Positions 37,705-46,068 of a stretch of 59,507 nucleotides of DNA are shown piece by piece. The stretch spans positions 1 through 59,507 of the forward strand of contig CALBDW010000143.1 in assembly GCA_937927435.1 (NCBI GenBank). Reading direction: 5' to 3'. The notes beneath the pieces are model-generated. The model was not told the DNA's origin and did not search any database. It saw only the letters and a program-made list of their open reading frames with translations. The DNA is from an uncultured Bdellovibrionales bacterium. GTDB lineage: Bacteria; Bdellovibrionota; Bdellovibrionia; Bdellovibrionales; JAMPXM01. Both the position numbers and the translations under genes were made by a program. The number at the start of each line of letters is the position of its first letter. Position 1 is the stretch's first letter.

Positions 37705-37758
37705 TCTCTTCGCGACTAAGTCGCGGTGTTAAGTTGTAAACGCGGCGCCTCGGTGGAT

Positions 37759-37824
37759 AGCGCCTTTGACACTCGCGGTTCGTATAGGAGGGGAGCGGGA
37801 GTGTTCGAGGCGCTTTGTTTTTTT
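37759..37824 (+). terminator. Intrinsic terminator of the FabD-like gene
   Basis: AGCGCCT/AGGCGCT plus GACACTC/GAGTGTT stems followed by TTTGTTTTTTT. Confidence 0.7.
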
Positions 37825-37827
37825 CAT

Positions 37828-37994
37828 TCGGGTGCCATGGTCTCGTGCCTCCCGTTATCGGCACCCGGTACAACTTGTCGTGGGTTACACCGTCGGTAAC
37901 CTCATCACCGTCTGCAGTCGCACGACAAGTTGTTCCAGGTCCACGCAAGAAGCCTGAGATAACGACCTCATGAGCGCAAGCCTGGTCGTTCTCA
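37828..37994. ncRNA. Unassigned multi-stem element between convergent genes
   Basis: CGGGTGCC/GGCACCCG (8 bp), ACAACTTGTCGTG/CACGACAAGTTGT (perfect 13 bp) enclosing GGTTAC/GTAACC, CAGG/CCTG, AACGACC/GGTCGTT. Confidence 0.5.
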
Positions 37995-39107
37995 CAACCA
38001 CGCGCCTTCGAACTCGGGCGGTAGATGCTGGAGTCCCAGATTCGGCCACGGAGCGGGCTCCATCGTCGGTGTGAGGACTTGATAGAATCCGAACGGCAAG
38101 CTGGTGGAAACGAACGAGGGCGGAGGAAGAGTCCGCCAGTTGCCACGGAAATGCAGGTACGCCAAAAGCTCACGCGGGGCCAGGCGCGAAAAGGCATCGT
38201 CGACGAGGCTGAAGAAGATCTCCTCACTGTCGCAGGAGAGGAAACTCAGAAATTTCATTTCCAGAGGGGCTCCTTGCTTCGGTGTCGGCCGCGCCAAACG
38301 GAAGAAACCGGCCACTTGCAGAAGCTGGTGCACGGTTTGTGCGAAGCCTCGATAAGATTGCGGCGTAAGAACTTGCGTGTTGCGTGGATCGTAAAGGGCT
38401 GCGACTCCGCGGATGGCTCCTTTCGAATCGCGGGCGATCCGGAAGTCTGAAAGGCTGAGACCGGGCCAGCGCCCGATTTCGCCCAGAAAGTTTTCGGGGG
38501 TATGCACGCGTGCCAGAGGTCGTTGCGCCGCTTGCTTACGCAGGTAGGTACAGAGTTCTTCGAGCTCGTTTTCGGCGAGCGGGGAAAGCCGGATCGTGGG
38601 AAGCGGCCGGCTCGAGAGCGGAATCCGCCCGTGCAGAACCACGACGCGGAAGCGGTTGAGGAGGAAATACCGCGGAAGTTTCCGGCGCGTGTGGCTGGTC
38701 GGGCGAATGAGCGCGTTGGTCGCCTGGTTGTCCCCCAAAGCGACGGCCGAAAAAATATAGCGGCAGCCCCGCTCTTCGAGCACGCGCTCGAGAACAGGAA
38801 CGAAGTATTGCGCCCACTGTGCGATCGCGCGGCGGGTGGGAGCCACGCGAAGATCGGTGGCGTAGGCCCATGTCGTTTTTTCGCCGAGGACGAAGCCTTC
38901 TTTGAAGATCAAGGAGGCGAGGCCTGCGATGGACCCGTCGTCGTCTTCCAGCCAGACCGTTTGGTAGTCGTCGGAGAGAAGGCGGTAGTGCTCGAAGAAA
39001 CCGCGCGGCCTGCGGATGGAAAAGTCGATCGTTCCGGGTAAAGCCCGGCGTTCGAAGAATTCCGTTAAGCGAGGATCGTCGGATTGAGTCGCGTGAACGA
39101 GCTTCAT
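37992..39107 (-). CDS. GNAT-like N-acyltransferase-fold protein
   Basis: IAGLASL...YATDLRVAP pattern and a second GNAT-like half (GAIRGVAALYD); ATG 39107 overlaps the pduO stop (ATGA). Confidence 0.65.
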   Translation of the reverse strand: MKLVHATQSDDPRLTEFFERRALPGTIDFSIRRPRGFFEHYRLLSDDYQTVWLEDDDGSIAGLASLIFKEGFVLGEKTTWAYATDLRVAPTRRAIAQWAQYFVPVLERVLEERGCRYIFSAVALGDNQATNALIRPTSHTRRKLPRYFLLNRFRVVVLHGRIPLSSRPLPTIRLSPLAENELEELCTYLRKQAAQRPLARVHTPENFLGEIGRWPGLSLSDFRIARDSKGAIRGVAALYDPRNTQVLTPQSYRGFAQTVHQLLQVAGFFRLARPTPKQGAPLEMKFLSFLSCDSEEIFFSLVDDAFSRLAPRELLAYLHFRGNWRTLPPPSFVSTSLPFGFYQVLTPTMEPAPWPNLGLQHLPPEFEGAWL

Positions 39108-39697
39108 GACCGGTCTTTTCCCATCCAAATCGGTTCATCAATCGAGAGCAAGCGATTGAGATGGCGAGCCAGCACGAAGAAATAATCGCTCAAGCGGTTC
39201 AGATATTGAATATGAATTTCGGCGGCGGACTCCGGCTCGGTTTCCGCAAGATGAACGATCAGGCGTTCGGCCCGACGGCAAACCGTTCGCGCAAGGTGAG
39301 CGACACTCGCGGAGCGGGCTCCTCCGGGCAAAACGAAGTGTTGGAGAGGCTTCAGTTCGGCGGAAAACGAGTCCATCGCCGTTTCGAGGTTCGTGACTCG
39401 CGACGGGTCGAGTGCCGGCAATTGGTTCCGCATCGCCGCGTCTTCGCACGCGAGATAGCTTCCTAAGTCGAAGAGATCACTTTGAATGGACGCCAACTCC
39501 TTGAGAAGCCTGGAGGATTCTTCCTTCAGGCCAGCTTTTTCCAAATCGTCACGAAGATCGTGTGCCAAAAGCCCGATGACGCTGTTGAGTTCGTCCACGG
39601 TCCCATAAGCTTCAAGCCGCGTATGCGCTTTTGAAACCCGCTTGCCGCCGATCAGACTTGTTTTGCCTTTATCGCCGCCTTTCGTATAGATTTTCAT
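39104..39697 (-). CDS. pduO: PduO-type ATP:cob(I)alamin adenosyltransferase
   Basis: KIYTKGGDKGKT, EAYGTVDELNS, FVLPGG, ARTVCRRAER, YLNRLSDYFFVLAR; alternative start 39712. Confidence 0.95.
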   Translation of the reverse strand: MKIYTKGGDKGKTSLIGGKRVSKAHTRLEAYGTVDELNSVIGLLAHDLRDDLEKAGLKEESSRLLKELASIQSDLFDLGSYLACEDAAMRNQLPALDPSRVTNLETAMDSFSAELKPLQHFVLPGGARSASVAHLARTVCRRAERLIVHLAETEPESAAEIHIQYLNRLSDYFFVLARHLNRLLSIDEPIWMGKDRS

Positions 39698-39822
39698 AGC
39701 GCCGTCGCCCATTCCTTCCTCCCGAGTTCGATCCAATCACATGTCGGACGAAAAGGGGAGCCGGGTGAATGCGCAAAGTGAAGAAATCGGGGCCAACGGC
39801 GGACTCGTGAGGAGGATGTGAA

Positions 39823-40638
39823 ATGGAAATGAAGATTCGGAAGCCGCTCTTGATGACCATTCCTCATTCCGGCGAGCGGGTGCCGGATGAAACGCCCTGG
39901 CTGAAAAAACTGCCGGAAACGCTCCTCATGTTCGATGTCGACCGTTACGTGGACCGTCTTTACGAACCGGTGATCACGCGGTTGAATCTCCCTTTCGTGA
40001 AAACCGAATGGCATCGGTACGCCGTCGATCTGAACCGTTTGCCGGATGATGTTGATTGCGACTCTGTTCAAGGGCATCCCAATCCGTCCGGTAAGTTCTC
40101 GCGCGGCCTGCATTGGTCCATTACGACGACGGGAGAAAAGCTGATGCCGGCGCCCATGCCGCCCGAAGTGCATGACACATTGGTGAAAAAGTATTTTGAG
40201 CCCTTTCACGAGAATGTGAAGGCGACGCTGGCGGAAATTCGGCAAGCTGGCGCAAGAATTACGTATCATCTTGATTTACACAGCATGCCATCCGTGGGGA
40301 CGCAGGAGCATCGCGACCCGGGAGAAAGACGGGCGGACATCGTCGTTAGTGATTGTGATGGAAAAAGTGCATCTCCCGAGTTCAAAGATCTCGTGATCCG
40401 GGCCTACAAGGAAGCGGGATTTTCTGTCGCATATAACTGGCCCTATAAGGGCGGGCGTGTGACGGAAACTTATGGCCGTCCGCAGGAGGGCCAAGAGGCG
40501 ATTCAAGTTGAATTGAATCGCGCTCTTTATATGGACGAAAAGACGAAGAGGTTGCTCGAAGACCGTTTGCGGGCGATGCAGGATCGCCTCTCCCAGGCTA
40601 TCACGACGATTTACAACGCGCTGCCTGACGTTTCTTAA
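39823..40638 (+). CDS. hutG: N-formylglutamate amidohydrolase family protein
   Basis: TIPHSG, RYAVDLNR, LDLHSMPS, NWPYKGG, AIQVELNRALYMDE. Confidence 0.9.
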   Translation: MEMKIRKPLLMTIPHSGERVPDETPWLKKLPETLLMFDVDRYVDRLYEPVITRLNLPFVKTEWHRYAVDLNRLPDDVDCDSVQGHPNPSGKFSRGLHWSITTTGEKLMPAPMPPEVHDTLVKKYFEPFHENVKATLAEIRQAGARITYHLDLHSMPSVGTQEHRDPGERRADIVVSDCDGKSASPEFKDLVIRAYKEAGFSVAYNWPYKGGRVTETYGRPQEGQEAIQVELNRALYMDEKTKRLLEDRLRAMQDRLSQAITTIYNALPDVS

Positions 40639-40747
40639 GGCACTTTAGGTGTGCGATGAACGGCTGCGCCATGACGATTTGACCGGTGTTGAGAGCCGGT
40701 GCTAGTCCTTGCGGTTCGCCAATTCTCAAAATTGAAGGAGAGTCATC

Positions 40748-40999
40748 ATGGTGAACCGCTTTCTCTATCCGACGGTCGCCATTCATTTTGCTGCGTTTGT
40801 CGTTGCTGTCTTGGCGCTGAGTTCAGACTCCATGAGCTCGCTAGCCGGTCGGAAGAGTGTGGTGGAGCCGGTTTCGGAGACCGAAACCGGTGCGAACGAA
40901 ATTGAGTTGAGCGGGGGGCAGCAAGGGGCGCAAGTCGCACGCCCAGGGGCTCAAAACGCGGTTCCTTTTAATCATGCGCGGTCTGTTCAGGTCCGTTGA
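40748..40999 (+). CDS. Small exported or membrane-anchored hypothetical protein (83 aa)
   Basis: Strong SD GAAGGAGAG; hydrophobic N-terminus then a polar tail. Confidence 0.6.
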   Translation: MVNRFLYPTVAIHFAAFVVAVLALSSDSMSSLAGRKSVVEPVSETETGANEIELSGGQQGAQVARPGAQNAVPFNHARSVQVR

Positions 41000-41021
41000 G
41001 GCTGGATCCGGCCACACGTAA

Positions 41022-42293
41022 TCAAAGATATCTGAACCAGAGGTCGAAAATCAGGTGCAGGCGTCCGTCGAGCGTTTGGACGACGGATTTCATGCGCGTC
41101 TCGTTTCCATACTGGTCGACTTCGACGTAGTTCGGGTCGTAGTTCAGGTCGATCAGCACGATGCCTTTTTCCTCGAGAGAGTAAAGCTCCCATTTCTGAG
41201 CGACGCCGTCGAGGTTGGCGTCTTGCCACAGACGGAGTTCGCGATAGATGTCGTCTTTGGGCGTGATGTAGCCGTCGATCGCCTCGGCTCGATAAGTGCC
41301 GTCGCTGCGGCGCCCGTCATATTTGCGGAGAGCTTCGTAGCCGTTGGAGGCAAAGGTTCCATCTGGACCTAAAGTGTTGTCGCCGAAAAGCTCGTCGATC
41401 CCGTTGACATTCCCGTTCCGGTCCGGTTTCACCAGGAAGTAGTGGTGCTGCATGCTCCGGGGCGTGAACCAAGAGACTTGTTTCGGCGTATAAGGCGCTG
41501 GGCTCGAGCGCTTGCCGAGAATATCAAAGAGAACGCCGTCGAGCGGAGCGGTCAGTTCGATCGCCGAGGGAACCACGCTTTCCGACAAGCGCACGACGAG
41601 CGGGCTCGCCCGGCGATCGCACGGATCGTCATCCCGCAGATAATCCGGGAGTGTCTCGTTTGTATCGTAAAGGATTTCGATTTTGTTCGCCGAACCCTTT
41701 TTGGGTGAGTACGAAACGGAGCCGAGTGTAGCTTTTTTGCTTCCTTTGACACCGACGACGTCGATTCTGACCAGAGTGGCCGAGTCTAGATTGATCTGGC
41801 ATTTTTGTGCGATGGCGCCGACATTGAGCTTTTTCTCGTTAAAGAGAAGAGATTGGATCCCTAAGCTCGGCGAGTCTTTAATCACGCACGACTTGGGTGT
41901 CGAGACTTTGATTTCCAGCGAGGTCGCCGCTTTCAGGTTGATGCCGTTATTCGTCTGCGTCCGGTTTCTTGAGCACAGATAAGACACTTGAGCGAAGTCT
42001 GTGACCGGAGAAGACGCGGATCCCGGAGATGAAGAGGCCGGAGAGTCGATGAGGTAGTCCGGAAGGTCGCCGGAAGACGGGGGATCGATGAGATAGTCCG
42101 GAAGATCAAGGGATGAAGAGGGGGCGATGGTACCCGTGGTATGCCGACGCGTGATCAACGTGTGTTGAAAGACCGGTGTCGTCGAGATCAGGGCCTGTTT
42201 TGCGCTTTGATCCAGGGTTTCGAATCCGCCGCAGCCGACAAGGATGACCGGAGTTGCGACGAGAACTCCGAATTTAGAAATGAGCTCTTTCAT
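41022..42293 (-). CDS. Lipoprotein with a C-terminal RTX/FrpC-associated Ca-binding-like domain
   Basis: Lipobox ILVGC; SPLVV, PDRNGNVNGIDELFGD, NGYEALRKYD, LRLWQDANLDGVAQKWELYSL. Confidence 0.75.
   Translation of the reverse strand: MKELISKFGVLVATPVILVGCGGFETLDQSAKQALISTTPVFQHTLITRRHTTGTIAPSSSLDLPDYLIDPPSSGDLPDYLIDSPASSSPGSASSPVTDFAQVSYLCSRNRTQTNNGINLKAATSLEIKVSTPKSCVIKDSPSLGIQSLLFNEKKLNVGAIAQKCQINLDSATLVRIDVVGVKGSKKATLGSVSYSPKKGSANKIEILYDTNETLPDYLRDDDPCDRRASPLVVRLSESVVPSAIELTAPLDGVLFDILGKRSSPAPYTPKQVSWFTPRSMQHHYFLVKPDRNGNVNGIDELFGDNTLGPDGTFASNGYEALRKYDGRRSDGTYRAEAIDGYITPKDDIYRELRLWQDANLDGVAQKWELYSLEEKGIVLIDLNYDPNYVEVDQYGNETRMKSVVQTLDGRLHLIFDLWFRYL
42046..42107. repeat. 39-nt-period in-frame tandem duplication (DLPDYLID x2)
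   Basis: TCGATGAGGTAGTCCGGAAGGTC (42046-42068) vs TCGATGAGATAGTCCGGAAGATC (42085-42107). Confidence 0.9.
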
Positions 42294-42539
42294 GTTCTTT
42301 CCCCCCACTTTCGCCTCAAAATGATTCACGTTTTAAGGCGTCCCCCTTTGTCAGGGTTTCAGCAAACGGAGGGCCGGGAAAAGTTCGAATGAAACGTCGA
42401 CGGCCGAATAAAAGCTGAACGGCTGACAAGAAGTCTGACACCAGGGTTCGAAACTAGGTTTCGGAATACTGCGGAACCAATGCTTGATGTTTGCGGGGTC
42501 CCAGTCTATCCTCGCGCCGAATCCGAAAAAGGGAGCACA

Positions 42540-43940
42540 GTGGCATTCAAGAAATCTCGCGTCTTGAAATTTTTGGCTTCGATTGAACTCGGTGTCATTA
42601 TCATCGTGATTATCGCCGCTCTGACCGCTTGGGGCACGTTCGTTGAAGCCAAGTACAACGATCCGGTCGCCGCTAAGAAGCTCGTTTATCATTCTGTTTG
42701 GATGTACAGCGCTCTCATTGCGCTCGCCATCTCCCTCATTTCAGTGATGGTGGATCGCTGGCCGTGGCGCGAAAAACACATTGGTTTTGTTCTGGCGCAT
42801 CTTGGCATTGTGATCTTGCTCATCGGTTCCGTCTTAACGAGGTACTTCGGGCTCGATGGCACGATGAGTCTCGCGGTCGGCCAGAGTTCCCAGTTCGTCT
42901 TGAACGAAGATACGGTAATCGCGGCTTATGCGTCTCTCGGGGACGATTCGGGATTCCGAAAAGTCGGCGAAGCGAAAGTCGATTTCTTCTTAAACCGCCC
43001 GACGGCTGAAAAGCCGTTTGAGCTTCCTCTTGCTGGCGGGAGCGTTTACGTCATTGATTACTATCCTTACGCGTTCCGCGAAGAGAAGATCGTCGAAAGT
43101 TCGCGCGAAAACGCGGGGGCGGGGATTCGCTTCCAGCTTCAAAACGACCGCGTGAGCTTAACTCAGTGGCTGGTGCAGCCGGCGTCTGGGCGGGATGTAT
43201 CGAAAAACTTAGGGCCGGCGGAGGTCATTCTGACTCAGGAAAAAGTGACTCCGCCGAAAGGGCGGAATGTTCTTGTTCTCAGACCTCAAGGAGACGTCGT
43301 TGAATATGAAATTCATACGGCTCGCGAGCCGGGCAAAGTGAAGCGGGGGCGGGTCCGGTCCGGCGATACGGTCGACACAGGATGGATGGGGCTTGTGCTC
43401 CGCATTCTGAAGTACGTCCCGAGAGCCGAGGAACAAATCAGCTTCAAGCCGACCGAAGCTGCAACTCCGATGACGATGGCGGCGATCAAATTGAAATATC
43501 AGGGGCAAGAGTATTGGGTGGGAGAGAACTCGATGCTCAAGCTCTTTACCGACCAGGCGGTCTACATTTTAACCTATGGTCGGACGCGGACGGACATCGG
43601 TTTTCCCGTGACGCTTAAAGATTTTCGGATCGGGCGTTACCCCGGCTCCATGAGAGCCGCCAGCTATGAGAGTGTGGTGGAAGTGCCGGGAGTGGGTGAG
43701 CGGGTTATTTCGATGAATGCCCCGCTCTATCACAATGGCTACACGTTTTATCAGGCGAGCTTCAGTGAAGACGAGGAGGGAAGGCCGACGATTTCGGTTT
43801 TCTCCGTGAACTGGGACCCGGGGCGTTGGTTCAAATACTTGGGCTCCGCGCTGATCGTTCTCGGTTCCATCCACTTGTTCTATTTTAAGCAAAAGACCAA
43901 GCGCCGGAACGCGAAGGCCGAAGCGCAAAGCGCCGCTTGA
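42540..43940 (+). CDS. resB: Cytochrome c biogenesis protein ResB/CcsB-like (system II)
   Basis: Three N-terminal TMs including AHLGIVILLIG, large periplasmic domain, MNAPLYHNGYTFYQAS, C-terminal TM; GTG 42540 follows SD AAGGGAG. Confidence 0.88.
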   Translation: MAFKKSRVLKFLASIELGVIIIVIIAALTAWGTFVEAKYNDPVAAKKLVYHSVWMYSALIALAISLISVMVDRWPWREKHIGFVLAHLGIVILLIGSVLTRYFGLDGTMSLAVGQSSQFVLNEDTVIAAYASLGDDSGFRKVGEAKVDFFLNRPTAEKPFELPLAGGSVYVIDYYPYAFREEKIVESSRENAGAGIRFQLQNDRVSLTQWLVQPASGRDVSKNLGPAEVILTQEKVTPPKGRNVLVLRPQGDVVEYEIHTAREPGKVKRGRVRSGDTVDTGWMGLVLRILKYVPRAEEQISFKPTEAATPMTMAAIKLKYQGQEYWVGENSMLKLFTDQAVYILTYGRTRTDIGFPVTLKDFRIGRYPGSMRAASYESVVEVPGVGERVISMNAPLYHNGYTFYQASFSEDEEGRPTISVFSVNWDPGRWFKYLGSALIVLGSIHLFYFKQKTKRRNAKAEAQSAA

Positions 43941-43966
43941 GCCGCATAGATCTTGGGGGTGGCATA

Positions 43967-45736
43967 ATGAGTTCCCAATACGTATCGACGACATCCGGTT
44001 TCACTCATCGTGGTTTGCGACGGGTTTTGATTGCGGCGACAATGATTTTTTCGCTTTTTCACTCCGTCGGCCACGCGAAGGCTGAAGGCAGCGATCCGCT
44101 TCGCTATTTACCCGTCCAAGATGCGGGGCGGGTGAAGCCGCTCGACACGCTGGCGCGCGAAACGTTGCAGCTCGTTTACGGTTACGAAACGTATAAGACG
44201 CCCAAGGGGGAACGGCGTCCGGCGATTGAGATCGTGATGACGTGGATGCTGATCCCGCGGTATTGGGACACGCAAAAAATTGTCCAGATCACGCATAAAG
44301 GGCTCAAGGATTCGTTGGATCTGCCGGCTGAAGAAAAATACTTCTCTCCGGAAGAGCTTTTCGCCAACCCGCGCACGTCTCTCGTTTTTCAAGAGCTCAA
44401 TTCGTTTCGAGCGACGAAGCAAAAGCTTTCGCCGTATTTTCAGGCGGTTCAAAGGCTTGAGAACCAGTTGGGGATGTATCAGGCGATTAAGAATGGGTAC
44501 GGTATTCGCGTCGTGCCGCCGCGGGCTGGGGATGATTCGCGGCTGGCGGATGATCCCCACGGAGAGGCTGCGCGTTGGCTTTCGGTCTCGGAACTCCAAG
44601 GCGAACTCCAAGATAAATTCGGCGAAATCATCAAAGCCTTTGTCCGCAGTCTGCCGGCTGACGAAGATATACCAGTTGCTCCGGGTGACAATGAGAGCGG
44701 GCCGTCCCTCTCGGAAGCGGTGGAGAACTTCAAAGCTTCGGCTCGCGCGGAAAACCCCGCGCTGTATCCGGCGGACCGAGTGATTGCGGTGGAAGTGCAT
44801 GAAAGATCCTTCCATCCTTTCATGTACACGTGGATTCTTTATCTCTTGAGCGGCGTGGTACTCGCTTATGCTTGGCATTTGGGAACGTCGAAAATCGGGC
44901 TGGGATTTTATCGCGCGGGTTGGGTGCTGACGGTTCTGGCATTTCTCCTTCATACGTATGGATTCGGTTTGCGGATCTATCTCACGGGCCGGCCACCGGT
45001 TTCGAATATGTATGAATCGGTTGTCTGGGTCTCGTGGGGAACGGTTCTTTTTGCGGCGATTTTTGAGGCCCTTTACCGACGCCGCTTCATTCTCTTGGCG
45101 GGGACGGCGGTCGGGGTTCTTTGTCTGATCGTCGCTGATATGGCTCCCACAATTCTGGATCGCAGTATCCAGCCGCTGGAGCCGGTGCTTCGCAGCAATC
45201 TTTGGCTTACGGTGCACGTATTGACAATCACTCTCAGTTACTCGGCGTTTTTCCTTGCCTGGGGACTGAGTAATATTGGGCTCGGCTTCATCTTGGTTGG
45301 GGAGCGTCCCACTTCGGATCGCATGCGCGCCATTGTGCAGACCGTCTATCGCACGCTCCAAATTGGGGTGGTTCTCTTGGCTGCGGGAACGATCTTAGGA
45401 GGAATTTGGGCTGATTACAGCTGGGGGCGCTTCTGGGGATGGGATCCCAAAGAGACGTGGGCCTTTATTGCGCTCATGGGCTATATCGCGCTTCTCCATG
45501 GTCGTTTGATCGGTTGGGTGAAAAACACCGGGTTGTTGGTTGGCTCGGTGGTGGCCTTTAGTCTGGTGATTATGGCTTGGTACGGGGTCAATTACGTGTT
45601 GGGTGCGGGCCTCCATTCGTATGGTTTCGGTGCTGGCGGGGTTCAATACGTGGCTGGCTTTGTGATACTCAATTTCATTTACCTCGCTTACGTTCTTTAC
45701 GTTCAGCACGTGCGGGCGAAGAAGTTGGCGGGTTGA
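43967..45736 (+). CDS. ccsA: Cytochrome c biogenesis protein CcsA/ResC with N-terminal periplasmic extension
   Basis: PPVSNMYES, LTVHV, WADYSWGRFWGWDPKETW, GLHSYG. Confidence 0.95.
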   Translation: MSSQYVSTTSGFTHRGLRRVLIAATMIFSLFHSVGHAKAEGSDPLRYLPVQDAGRVKPLDTLARETLQLVYGYETYKTPKGERRPAIEIVMTWMLIPRYWDTQKIVQITHKGLKDSLDLPAEEKYFSPEELFANPRTSLVFQELNSFRATKQKLSPYFQAVQRLENQLGMYQAIKNGYGIRVVPPRAGDDSRLADDPHGEAARWLSVSELQGELQDKFGEIIKAFVRSLPADEDIPVAPGDNESGPSLSEAVENFKASARAENPALYPADRVIAVEVHERSFHPFMYTWILYLLSGVVLAYAWHLGTSKIGLGFYRAGWVLTVLAFLLHTYGFGLRIYLTGRPPVSNMYESVVWVSWGTVLFAAIFEALYRRRFILLAGTAVGVLCLIVADMAPTILDRSIQPLEPVLRSNLWLTVHVLTITLSYSAFFLAWGLSNIGLGFILVGERPTSDRMRAIVQTVYRTLQIGVVLLAAGTILGGIWADYSWGRFWGWDPKETWAFIALMGYIALLHGRLIGWVKNTGLLVGSVVAFSLVIMAWYGVNYVLGAGLHSYGFGAGGVQYVAGFVILNFIYLAYVLYVQHVRAKKLAG

Positions 45737-45778
45737 GGTCGCCGAGCTATCGTACGGTTTGTTCGCCACGGTGATCGG

Positions 45779-45815
45779 CCGTAACAGTCGTGAAAAGCGC
45801 GACTGTTGCGGTTTT
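45779..45815 (+). terminator. Probable terminator after ccsA
   Basis: CGTAACAGTCG/CGACTGTTGCG 11-bp stem followed by GTTTT. Confidence 0.7.
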
Positions 45816-46068
45816 CCGGTTCTTGTAAAGCTCTTGCAAAGATCCCCTCCAAAACGATCAGCTGCTTGCGTCTTAAGCAGTTGAACGTTGCGGAGGGGAA
45901 AAGTTCCTGCTTCTCGTCGCAGCAGCGAATTGCCTGCGCGGAGTTCATTTTCAATTGCTTCTCAGAAAATATTTGCCAAATTGCCAGAAATTGATGAGTT
46001 AGGAGACTTGAGCCAACTTAAAAATTCGATATCGGCAACGTCGAATGGCAACTTGAGTGAGGAGTCGT

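Noticed and set aside
37766-37788. TTGACA...TATAGG inside the terminator loop as a promoter for the downstream element
   Set aside because: The spacer is only 11 nt, incompatible with sigma70 geometry.
37828-37994. Partial resemblance to TPP (GGGTGC...CTGAGA), fluoride (GGTGATGAGGTTACC on the minus strand), hammerhead and retron msr/msd patterns; also a minus-strand GCCGATAA sigma28 -10 box
   Set aside because: The required partner motifs (GCGTAGGGAA, pseudoknot strand, GAAA core, correctly spaced TAAA -35) are missing, no reverse transcriptase is nearby, and the element is not 5' of any gene.
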